Source: Candidatus Latescibacterota bacterium | GTDB lineage: Bacteria; Latescibacterota; UBA2968 | Direction: 5' to 3' | Assembly: GCA_965207885.1 (NCBI GenBank) | Contig: OZ242311.1 | Coordinates: 544,001-608,000, forward strand | Length of the DNA: 64,000 bases | In this document: positions 18,479 to 26,969 of the stretch, in pieces | How positions within the stretch are numbered: the first letter of the stretch is position 1 | Layout of the letters: the number at the start of each line of letters is the position of its first letter | Notes under the pieces: generated by a model | Seen by the model: only the letters and a program-made list of their open reading frames with translations | The model's database searches: none | What the model was told of the DNA's origin: nothing | Made by a program: the position numbers and the translations under genes

Positions 18479-19042
18479 TTAGCCAAGACTTAATCTCCTG
18501 TATTTCGATCGTGTGATCTCGAAGTCCAGCGTCTTTCCGTTGTCCATTTCTCTTGAGATGGTCAATCCACACGATTGCCACAAGGCTTTTGAACGTTCGT
18601 TGTCTGCATGTACATCCATCGCGCAGAATCGATTGATTTCCAATTCCTCAAATGCGTACGCCATCAGGCGTCGCACTACTTCTTTTCCATAGCCTTTGCC
18701 CCAGAGGGATTTGTCCCATATCCCAATGGGCAAGCGCATGACCTTCTCTCCCTCGATTTTTGCCCGTTCCAAATTCATCCACTGTAAACACACTTCGCCA
18801 ATGGTTCGTCCGCTCGCCTTTTCCTCAATTGCAAATAGGAAGCCCTGTTTTGCCATGTGCTTGCCCACGCGTCTGAGATAGTCACCTGTCACGGGTTCTT
18901 CGGGCGGCTCTCCCTCCATTGCATTCAGAAAATCGGGATCTCGATAAAAAGGGACCGCGAGATCGAAATCTGTTTCTTCAAATGGCCGAAGCCTCAAGCG
19001 TTCCGTTTTCAGGTGAATATTGTGATGGGCAAAGTTGTCCAT
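18479..19042 (-). CDS. GNAT N-acetyltransferase (RimJ/RimL type)
   Basis: LKTERLRLRPF, WGKGYGKE, NERSKALWQSCG. Confidence 0.85.
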   Translation of the reverse strand: MDNFAHHNIHLKTERLRLRPFEETDFDLAVPFYRDPDFLNAMEGEPPEEPVTGDYLRRVGKHMAKQGFLFAIEEKASGRTIGEVCLQWMNLERAKIEGEKVMRLPIGIWDKSLWGKGYGKEVVRRLMAYAFEELEINRFCAMDVHADNERSKALWQSCGLTISREMDNGKTLDFEITRSKYRRLSLG

Positions 19043-19363
19043 TTATTGTATCACGGACCTCGGTGTTGCGTTGAGGCGCGTTACTACAATGCGTTCTCGG
19101 TCGATCAATGCGCCTACTTGATCGCTCAGGGTGTCGGTCCAATACGGGTCTTCATAGACGGCTTTGTAGAGTTGCTCTCTTTGTTCCTCGCTCTCAAATC
19201 GGCGGATCCACACGTAGAGGTCTTCTTCTTCCTCGCCGACAAAACTGCCGATAACTACCATGCCTTTTGATATTTGAAATGGGATGATTTCGCTTTCCAT
19301 AAATGCAACCCATTCTTCGCGTTTTCCAGGTTGGGTGCGATATTGACGTAGTTCGAAGAACAT
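19043..19363 (-). CDS. NIPSNAP family protein
   Basis: MFFELRQYRTQPGK, YVWIRRFES, L.ATPRS. Confidence 0.85.
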   Translation of the reverse strand: MFFELRQYRTQPGKREEWVAFMESEIIPFQISKGMVVIGSFVGEEEEDLYVWIRRFESEEQREQLYKAVYEDPYWTDTLSDQVGALIDRERIVVTRLNATPRSVIQ

Positions 19364-19399
19364 GTTTTTCTCCTTTGTTTGGGATTAATTGACGACGAT

Positions 19400-20488
19400 T
19401 TAAATTTGTTCATACCACCGCACATTGCCCGTTGACATGCCGCTTGCGGCGATGTCCAATTTGCCGTTGCCGCTGAGGTCTTCGATTGCCATTTGCCCCA
19501 TGCCAATGCCGTTGTCAATTTGTTCAATGTGCCAGGTGTCTGTTTCCAGATTCTCTGGGCGATAGATGTTGAGGGCTGTGCCGGGTCCGTTGTATCCGGC
19601 GATGACTTCCAGTGCGTTGTCGCTGTCTATGTCACCACACCAGAGGGAATGCCCGCGGTTGAGTTTGTCGCTGATCAGGTGCCGTTCCCACGCGCCTGTT
19701 CGGATGTCGCCGGTCGCTTTGTACCAGACGAGTTCATTGCCGTGCCAGGGTTCGATGGATAGTATTTCATTGATGCCATCGCCATCCATATCTACGGCAA
19801 AGGTTTCGCTGCTTTCGCGGGGGCTTATGGTCCACCGGTTCCATTTTTCCTCGAATCCATCCCCTTTGGGCGGTTCAAACCAGATCAGGCCGTCGCGTGT
19901 GCCGAGCAATAGATCCATGCGGCCATCGCCATCTACGTCGCATACGCTCAGGCCGTGGTTGAGTCTCAACTGCCCGTCGATTAATCGCTTTTCCCACGGT
20001 TCATTTACCGGGTCTTGTGGTATGCGATAACACCACAGTTCACCCGGCGCATCAAAGTCGTTGATCTGGCTTCCCGGCCCTTGCAGGGTTGCGGCAAACA
20101 GCAGGGGTTGACCGTTTACTTCTACCATTGCAATGCGGTGTGAATAGGGTACCCAGTCGATGAAGTGCTGTGTCCAGATGTCGCTGTCTTCAGATGCTTG
20201 AAACCAGTGTAGATACTCCGATGGGATCCGCTGTCTTCGCCCAAATCCGCTGCTCGCAATCACGTCTTTTCGACCGTTGCCCGTGACGTCGAATACCGAT
20301 AGTGCAATGGTGCCGGGGTGCGCTTCTGATATGATTTGTTTTTCAAAATGGGGTCCTTCGTACAGGGCGATCATCGAGGTTCCCATAGAACCGGCTACGA
20401 TGTCCAGGTGTCCGTTGTCTGTGACATCGGCGACTGTCATGCCATAGGCGCTGCGGATGTTGTCGTCTATTTCGTGAATTATGAACAT
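19400..20488 (-). CDS. FG-GAP/VCBS repeat beta-propeller protein (aldos-2-ulose dehydratase propeller-like)
   Basis: Repeated DVTDNGHLDI / DVDGDGRMDL / DMDGDGINEI motifs; IEPWHGN and RGHSL His motifs. Confidence 0.75.
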   Translation of the reverse strand: MFIIHEIDDNIRSAYGMTVADVTDNGHLDIVAGSMGTSMIALYEGPHFEKQIISEAHPGTIALSVFDVTGNGRKDVIASSGFGRRQRIPSEYLHWFQASEDSDIWTQHFIDWVPYSHRIAMVEVNGQPLLFAATLQGPGSQINDFDAPGELWCYRIPQDPVNEPWEKRLIDGQLRLNHGLSVCDVDGDGRMDLLLGTRDGLIWFEPPKGDGFEEKWNRWTISPRESSETFAVDMDGDGINEILSIEPWHGNELVWYKATGDIRTGAWERHLISDKLNRGHSLWCGDIDSDNALEVIAGYNGPGTALNIYRPENLETDTWHIEQIDNGIGMGQMAIEDLSGNGKLDIAASGMSTGNVRWYEQI

Positions 20489-20543
20489 TTGTTCTCCGTT
20501 TTGACGGTTCTCCTTATCGGTAGTGGCTCAATATACCTCGTGT

Positions 20544-21653
20544 TCAGGGTAAAATCAAATGTAGATCGCCGAATTCGTGCCACAAATAATTTTTGTTGAG
20601 TGCGGCTTCATAAGTCAGTTTGAGGTGGTCTAAGCCCGCCAATGCCTGGAGCATGGATAGATGTGTGGCACTCGGTTCGTGCATTCCGGTGAGTAAGCTA
20701 TCTACGATCTGCATGGGGCGATCGGGTGAGATTATCAAGGATGTCCATCCTTCGCCCTGAGAGATTTGGCCGGTTTTATCGGCTACGGTTTCGAGCGCGC
20801 GCACGACTGTTGTGCCAACGGCGATGATCCGTCCGCCGTTTTTTCGCGCGTTGTTGATTACCCGCGCTGTTTCGGCTGGTACGCGGTAGTATTCCTCATA
20901 AGGCGGTTCATCGGCTTCCAGACTCGCCACGCCTGTGTGTAAGATCAGGGGGGCAATTTGTATGCCTTTTGCGACCAGTTTTGTGATGATTTTAGGTGTG
21001 AATGCTCTGCCGGCTGATGGCATTTCAGCGCTGCCCACTTCTGTTGCATATACGGTTTGATAATAGTCAATGGGCCAGTCGTTTTGCACATAGCCATACC
21101 GGATGGGCATGCCGTATATGTCCAGGTAGGTGTCCAGATCATAGGGCAGGTTCAGGGTTGCAATCCACAGACGAATATCGGCGTCGGGATTGTGCCGCAG
21201 TTCGGGGCGATAGGGGGCGTGCAGTTGTGCGGATCCACTGCCGGGCAATGTGAAGACTTCGCCCGCGTGTGCGCGGGAAAAAGGCTGTGTTGCTATGCCA
21301 TTGGGTTGGCGTATTTCAACTGCCCACATGTCGGCGGGCAGTTGCGTTGATAGATGCAGTCTGAGTTCTGTTCCATCGGGTCTAATGATGGGCAGAGATG
21401 CTTTGCGCGTGCCGCTGGTGTTGATGACGACGACGTCGCCCGCCTGGAGCACGTCGGGCAGGTCGCGAAATGCGATGTGTTCAATCGCATCATCACTTTG
21501 CCAGGAGACCATCAACCGAACCTGGTCCCGACTGAGTCCGCGTGCTTCGGGCGGTTCGCCCGCTTCCAGGTTGGATGGCAGGTCAAATATTAGAGAGTCC
21601 AGTTTTGAGTCCATCATTGTGATGGGGAGTACTGTGTTGGGTATTATGGACAT
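20544..21653 (-). CDS. QueA-family protein (S-adenosylmethionine:tRNA ribosyltransferase-isomerase-like, divergent type)
   Basis: RDQVRLMV, GDVVVINTS, YQTVYA, SAEMPSAGRAFT, LHTG, AVGTTVVRALE, YLWHEFGD. Confidence 0.85.
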   Translation of the reverse strand: MSIIPNTVLPITMMDSKLDSLIFDLPSNLEAGEPPEARGLSRDQVRLMVSWQSDDAIEHIAFRDLPDVLQAGDVVVINTSGTRKASLPIIRPDGTELRLHLSTQLPADMWAVEIRQPNGIATQPFSRAHAGEVFTLPGSGSAQLHAPYRPELRHNPDADIRLWIATLNLPYDLDTYLDIYGMPIRYGYVQNDWPIDYYQTVYATEVGSAEMPSAGRAFTPKIITKLVAKGIQIAPLILHTGVASLEADEPPYEEYYRVPAETARVINNARKNGGRIIAVGTTVVRALETVADKTGQISQGEGWTSLIISPDRPMQIVDSLLTGMHEPSATHLSMLQALAGLDHLKLTYEAALNKNYLWHEFGDLHLILP

Positions 21654-21667
21654 GAGATGTCTCCTTT

Positions 21668-22369
21668 CTATTTTGCGAGGGTGGTGAGTAGCTCGCGTGC
21701 GGCGTAGCGGCCACTGGGGTAATTATTTTCCAGGAGTTCGATAAATCCCGGTACACTCGTTTCCGGCAAGGGGCGGTCGCTGATGTCTTCAAAGGGGAAT
21801 GCTTCGCGGTGCATTTGCGTTCGCATGTCGCCGGGATCTACCCAGTAGATGCGCCAGTCGGGACGTTCTGCTGCGAGTACGTTTGAGAGTTGTTCAAGCG
21901 CAGCCTTAGAAGAGCCGTATCCGCCCCAGCCGGGATACGGCTCGCGTGCGGCATCGCTGGTGATGTTGATTACGCGGGCACCTGATTTTAATGTGTGTTG
22001 TAGCGCCTGGAGCACGCCCAGGGGCGCGATTGCGTTGGCGCGATAGACGTCTGCCAATATATCGAGTGGGTAATTGAGTAGTTCGGGCTGGGGACTCGGT
22101 CCCAATATGCCCGCGTTGTTGATTATGGCGTCCAGGTCCCCCAGTTCTTTTGCTGCGTGCGCCAGTGCTTTCCGGTGTTCGGCGTCTGTTACGTCTCCGG
22201 CAATGGCGATGACTTCGGTCCATTTGGCCAATTCTTTGCGCGCGTGTTCGAGTGCTTCTGCACCTCTTGCGTTGATGATTAGTCGCCAGTTTTGCTGTGC
22301 GAGTTCACGCGCGAGAGCGAGACCCAGTCCGCGAGATGCGCCGGTGATGAGAGCTGTTTGTGTGGACAT
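21668..22369 (-). CDS. Short-chain dehydrogenase/reductase
   Basis: TGASRGLG, NNAG, YGSSK catalytic motif, DPGDMRT. Confidence 0.92.
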   Translation of the reverse strand: MSTQTALITGASRGLGLALARELAQQNWRLIINARGAEALEHARKELAKWTEVIAIAGDVTDAEHRKALAHAAKELGDLDAIINNAGILGPSPQPELLNYPLDILADVYRANAIAPLGVLQALQHTLKSGARVINITSDAAREPYPGWGGYGSSKAALEQLSNVLAAERPDWRIYWVDPGDMRTQMHREAFPFEDISDRPLPETSVPGFIELLENNYPSGRYAARELLTTLAK

Positions 22370-22427
22370 TTTGAATCCTCCTGTAAGGGTGAGAGACTAT
22401 CTGTTTGTTGTGGTCAAAATTTATCAC

Positions 22428-22458
22428 AAAAAAAAGCCCTCTGCATCGCACAGAGGGC
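22428..22458 (-). terminator. Intrinsic terminator
   Basis: GCCCTCTG-N7-CAGAGGGC stem with a T8 tract on the minus strand. Confidence 0.6.
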
Positions 22459-22476
22459 GTGTTTGATACCCGTTCT

Positions 22477-23347
22477 TTAGGTAGTGTCTGAAAAGTAAGC
22501 TTTGAAGAGTTGTCTGATACAGGCCAGCTTGACCATAGTGAGAAAATGAGTCGCCTTTTTTTCAAATCGGGTCACAATCCGTCGGCAGTGTTTAAGCCAA
22601 CCAAAGAGACGCTCCACGATATTGCGTTTGGCATATAATCTTTTATCACACTTAGGCCGTGGTCCTCTCTTACGCCGTTTTCTGCCTTTGGGAATCGCCT
22701 TGTTTGGGATAGCAGCCTTGATACCCCGTTTGCGTAGATAGACTCTGATGCGTGAGACATCATAAGATTTATCAGCTACCAGATACTTGGGTCGGTTTCT
22801 TGGACGCCCTCGTTTGGTGGGTATGCATACCTTTGACAGTAGCCTTTCAGCCTGTGTGGATTCTGACTGGTTACCAGGGAGAAGATCCACTGCTAAAGGA
22901 TGCCCGACTGCATCGCAAAGAAGATGGATTTTCGTGGTCAAACCGCCACGAGAGCGTCCTAAAGCGTGATCTGGGGGCTCTTCTTCACCCTTTTTGCCCT
23001 TTTTTTTTCGCTCCTGCCGCGGCTTGTGTGGCTCGAATATGGGTTGCATCCATCATCCAGGTCGCATAATCTAAAAGACCATCTTCACCCAATTTGAGAT
23101 GTAGCTTTTCTACAATGCGATCAAAGGTGCCATCCTGTTTCCATTTGCAGAATCGGTCAAAGGCTGTCTGCCAAGGACCATATCGTTCTGGCAGGTCGCG
23201 CCAAGCTGCACCTGAACACAATATCCAGAAGATCCCGTTGAATAATGTACGATCATCCCGACGGGGACGACCCATCTTCTTCGGCGGTGGGAACAGGTCT
23301 TGGATCAGATGCCAAGCCTCGTCGCGCAGTTCATATCTCCGTTGCAT
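22477..23347 (-). CDS. IS5 transposase in two overlapping ORFs joined by a probable -1 frameshift
   Basis: ORF A (22985-23347; GRPRRDDR, WRDLPERYGPW, DAT) and ORF B (22477-23049; GRSRGGLTTKIH, ADKSYD, RNIVER) overlap at the A9GGG tract at 22997-23008. Confidence 0.88.
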
Positions 23348-23416
23348 ATCATACTCCTTGGTTTAGGGCGTATGCTGCAACTAAAATACATACTTTACGA
23401 CTTTTCAGACACTACC
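22480..23416 (-). mobile_element. IS5-family insertion sequence (IS427/IS402-like), 937 bp
   Basis: Perfect 17-bp terminal inverted repeats GGTAGTGTCTGAAAAGT (22480-22496, 23400-23416) flanked by a TA duplication. Confidence 0.92.
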
Positions 23417-23436
23417 TAGGACAGGAGAGTGCCTGT

Positions 23437-24498
23437 CTATCTGAGCAGCGCACCGCAATCCCAATCCTTATACGCTTTCATCGCATTCCGAACCGAGAAC
23501 GCGCGCTTCCATAAGATCGGGCAGAAGACACACGATAGCACGGATAGCCGATAATCGTATTCGAATTGGTCTCGGCTGTAATTTTTGATGCCACCAGCTA
23601 TGAGCTTTCTATAATAGAAATCCATGAGAGGACGTTCGAGTGCTTTGCGCTCGGATGTCCCGTGGATCAGCATGTAAGCGAGGTCGTAAGCACCAAGTCC
23701 TCGCTTGTAGGTTTCCCAATCGAAGAGAATAATCCGGTCCTTTGAGGGGTCTTTCGGGTAAAACAGGTTCCACAAGTGCGCGTCGCCGTGTAGCATTGTG
23801 ATATTTTGGCCGTTTGCGACACGCGCGAGGAATACATCGGGATATCCGTGAATTACGCGCTCCATTATTTCGATGTGAGAGGGATTGAGGTCGTCTCCCA
23901 GTTCTCGTGCCAGCGGTTTCAGGGCTTTTTCAAAGCTGGCGCAGCTATCGCGCACGTCTTCTTCCGATATCGCCTGAGCCATTCTAAGTGGGCCACCGGC
24001 TTGCATCATGAATGGCCACTCGTCCAAACGTGGATCATTCCACCATTGGATGTGATATTTGAGTAGTTCTTCAATTACGGCTTTGTGAAGTTGTTTGGTG
24101 GCCTCCTTTGGCCCATCTTTATGTGTCACCGACAGGTCTGGCATGAAATAGTGACAGTTTTTCTCATTGTGATCGAATCCACAGTCAAAAACGGGACAGA
24201 CAGACGCATCAGGCGTTTTTGGCGCGAGTTCCTCGTAAAATGTCCATTCGATGACGCCGCCTCCGAACCATCCCTTTCGATATATCTTTAACACAATTGC
24301 ATTTGGAACATCACCCATGTAGTCATCGCTGAATGTCAGCGATAGCCTGTCCCATTCCGCGCACGATGATCCGAATGAGTCCGTTTTTTTCATGGATGTG
24401 ACCGAACCCGATTTCAGGAATCCGTTGCGACTAAATCGATCCGTTAAGAGTGCAGGTGTCAGTTGCTCGACATCGGTGATGGGTTCTGATAATTTCAT
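23437..24498 (-). CDS. Aminoglycoside phosphotransferase / ecdysteroid-kinase-like protein
   Basis: HGDAHLWN (Brenner motif), FDWE, DLAY. Confidence 0.8.
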   Translation of the reverse strand: MKLSEPITDVEQLTPALLTDRFSRNGFLKSGSVTSMKKTDSFGSSCAEWDRLSLTFSDDYMGDVPNAIVLKIYRKGWFGGGVIEWTFYEELAPKTPDASVCPVFDCGFDHNEKNCHYFMPDLSVTHKDGPKEATKQLHKAVIEELLKYHIQWWNDPRLDEWPFMMQAGGPLRMAQAISEEDVRDSCASFEKALKPLARELGDDLNPSHIEIMERVIHGYPDVFLARVANGQNITMLHGDAHLWNLFYPKDPSKDRIILFDWETYKRGLGAYDLAYMLIHGTSERKALERPLMDFYYRKLIAGGIKNYSRDQFEYDYRLSVLSCVFCPILWKRAFSVRNAMKAYKDWDCGALLR

Positions 24499-24563
24499 TA
24501 GCTCTTTTCCTGGGAATAAGGACGTATTGAAGGAAGAGAGATTATTTTGTATTCATCAAGAGA

Positions 24564-24989
24564 TCATGCTATAATGCGTTCCATGCGAACCTGCATGATT
24601 TGGAAATCAAATGTCACTATAAAGTGCGATAAAAAGTTTAGCCCGATCAAACCATCGAGTTGAAGTTGATCGGGCAAAGGCATCGCAGTTAGTTCGAGAT
24701 TTTCCAGCTTTTCTTCGCCCAACTGCATACAGCCCAACCGATAGCCTCTGACCATTTCTACGCCGGTTGCAGATGCAATCCGGTATGGTGCTGTCGTGGG
24801 TTCGAGATCGAGTTGTTGAATCAGAGATGGCGTAAGCAAAGTGGAAGTTGCGCCGGTATCGAGCGCGACATAAGCATCAGCATATTTTTGTCCGTGATAC
24901 AACTGCACATAAGTTGTGATCAGGCGTTGTCGAGACTGAATTGGAAGTGTAATCACAATATACAGATCCTTTACAACGCTGCATGCCAT
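24564..24989 (-). CDS. Retropepsin-like (clan AA) aspartic protease
   Basis: ALDTGATST and GLIGLNFL motifs. Confidence 0.8.
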   Translation of the reverse strand: MACSVVKDLYIVITLPIQSRQRLITTYVQLYHGQKYADAYVALDTGATSTLLTPSLIQQLDLEPTTAPYRIASATGVEMVRGYRLGCMQLGEEKLENLELTAMPLPDQLQLDGLIGLNFLSHFIVTFDFQIMQVRMERIIA

Positions 24990-25207
24990 CCCTTAGGGAG
25001 TACATCACCGGCGAAACGAACAAGGGTATGATCTATATCTTTTTCAATGGCGATGTTCGCAATCACTTGACGGCTCGGGTCATGGGCAACAAATTGCACT
25101 TTGGTAGGCCAATCGTGTTCGTCTGTGTCCGTAACTTCGAATAATAACCATTCGTTTGGATATTTGTCGAAGTACGGCGCAATCAGTTGGTCTAAATCGA
25201 GAATCAT
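24971..25207 (-). CDS. Small hypothetical protein (DUF5678-like) coupled to the aspartic protease
   Basis: KYPNEWLL..VAHDPSR pattern; AGGAGG RBS; overlaps the protease start. Confidence 0.6.
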   Translation of the reverse strand: MILDLDQLIAPYFDKYPNEWLLFEVTDTDEHDWPTKVQFVAHDPSRQVIANIAIEKDIDHTLVRFAGDVLPKGWHAAL

Positions 25208-25300
25208 AATGATGCCTCCTTGAAGGCTGCGACAAAATCGTTGTTATTGAAAATAAAGCCAGAGTTTTGCGTGGCGTCAAGGATGAAAGAGGAGAAAGTT

Positions 25301-26932
25301 ATGTCTGGTATAGATGTGGGACAGATTGGATGGAAGGCGGAGAGTAAGACGGGTGTTGTGGCAGCGGGTGGCGCAGGTGCTGTGGCAGCGGGTGTTGAGA
25401 TTTTGGATAGGGGGGGCAATGCGGCCGATGCAGCCGCTGCGACTATTTTTGCGCTGAATGTTACGGATCACGGCGCGTGTTCAATTGGCGGGGAGGTTCC
25501 GCTTCTTATTTTTGATGCTGAGACTTCGGAGGTGAAAGCTTTGAGCGGACAGGGGCGGGCGCCGCGATCTCAGGAGGCGATTGACTGGTATATGGAGAAT
25601 GGTATTCCGGGGGATGGCGATATGAAGATGGCACCCGTGCCTTCGGTTGTGGATTTGTGTATTACGACGCTTAAACGATACGGTACGATGTCGTTTGAAG
25701 AGATTATCGCTCCTGTGCTCGCTTTGCTCGATGCGGGGGAGGATGACTGGCATCCCAATCTTGCGAGGACGTTGCGAAAACTCGTTGAGGAGGAGCATCT
25801 TACGTCGGGGAGTCGGGAGGAGAAGTTGCAAGCTGCCGCGGATCGCTTTTACGGGCGGAATAAGTATCGCAATGATATTGCGGAGGAGCTTGAGGCTTTT
25901 TATATCGCAAAGGGGGGTTTTTTGCGCCGGGAAGATCTGGCGACGCATGTTACGACGATTGAAGATCCGGTTACGGTTTCTTATCGGGGATATACGGTTT
26001 GCAAGTGCGGGCCGTGGACACAGGGTCCTTATCTGTGTCAGGCGCTGCGCTTGCTGGAGAAGTTCGATGTCAAGGCTATGGGCCATCTTTCGGCTGATTA
26101 TGTTCATGTGGTTACGGAGGCGATCAAGCTGGCGATGGCGGATCGCGATGCGTATTATGCCGATCCCGATTTTTCGGGTGTGCCTCTGGGGGGATTGCTT
26201 TCCGATGCGTACACGGATCTGCGCGTGCCGCTTATCGATATGCAGACGGCTTCTCTGGAGGCGCGTCCGGGGGATCCGTATCTGATGCAGCCGGTTGTGG
26301 ATGGCGGTGTGTTCCGTCCGGGTACGGGGGGGACGACGACTTGTGTAGTGGCGGATCGCTGGGGCAATGTGGTCGCGGCGACGCCGAGTGCCAATGTTCA
26401 CCGGCCTACGATTGATGGGGGGAGTACGGGGGTTACTTATGGGAATCGCCTGCGGAGTCTGAATACGACGGCGGGGCATCCGAATTGTATCCAGCCGGGG
26501 AAGCGTCCGAGAATTACGTTGACGCCTACGCTGGTGCTGAAAGATGGGCAGCCGATTCTCGGTATTAGCGTTGCGGGTGGGGATTTGCAGGATCAGACGA
26601 CGTTGAATTTGTTGCTGGATTTTGTGGAGTTTGGGATTATGCCGGAGGAGGCTGTTACGGTGCCCCGTTTTGCTACGGCGCATCACAACGATTCTTTTGA
26701 TCCCAATCCCATCCGCGATCAGACGTTCAAACAGGCCGGGTCGTTGACGCTCAATGATGCGATAAATCAGGATGTGCAGGACGATCTCGCCAGGCGGGGA
26801 CATCAGGTTGAGGCGAAAGCATCCAGTATTGCGACGCCTGTTATGGTTTATGTGGATCGGGAAGAGGGCAGGTATTACGCGGCAGGCGATCCCCAAGCAG
26901 GGCGTCACGCCGCGGGATTGGAGGATGGGTGA
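25301..26932 (+). CDS. ggt: Gamma-glutamyltransferase family (Ntn hydrolase)
   Basis: GGNAADAA, KLAMADRD.YYADP, GTTTCVVADRWGN (Thr nucleophile), PGKRPR.TLTP, AGGDLQDQ; start 25301 behind GAGGAG. Confidence 0.88.
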   Translation: MSGIDVGQIGWKAESKTGVVAAGGAGAVAAGVEILDRGGNAADAAAATIFALNVTDHGACSIGGEVPLLIFDAETSEVKALSGQGRAPRSQEAIDWYMENGIPGDGDMKMAPVPSVVDLCITTLKRYGTMSFEEIIAPVLALLDAGEDDWHPNLARTLRKLVEEEHLTSGSREEKLQAAADRFYGRNKYRNDIAEELEAFYIAKGGFLRREDLATHVTTIEDPVTVSYRGYTVCKCGPWTQGPYLCQALRLLEKFDVKAMGHLSADYVHVVTEAIKLAMADRDAYYADPDFSGVPLGGLLSDAYTDLRVPLIDMQTASLEARPGDPYLMQPVVDGGVFRPGTGGTTTCVVADRWGNVVAATPSANVHRPTIDGGSTGVTYGNRLRSLNTTAGHPNCIQPGKRPRITLTPTLVLKDGQPILGISVAGGDLQDQTTLNLLLDFVEFGIMPEEAVTVPRFATAHHNDSFDPNPIRDQTFKQAGSLTLNDAINQDVQDDLARRGHQVEAKASSIATPVMVYVDREEGRYYAAGDPQAGRHAAGLEDG

Positions 26933-26969
26933 TTGCATAGAGTAGCGGTAAACTCAAATTTGAGAGTAT

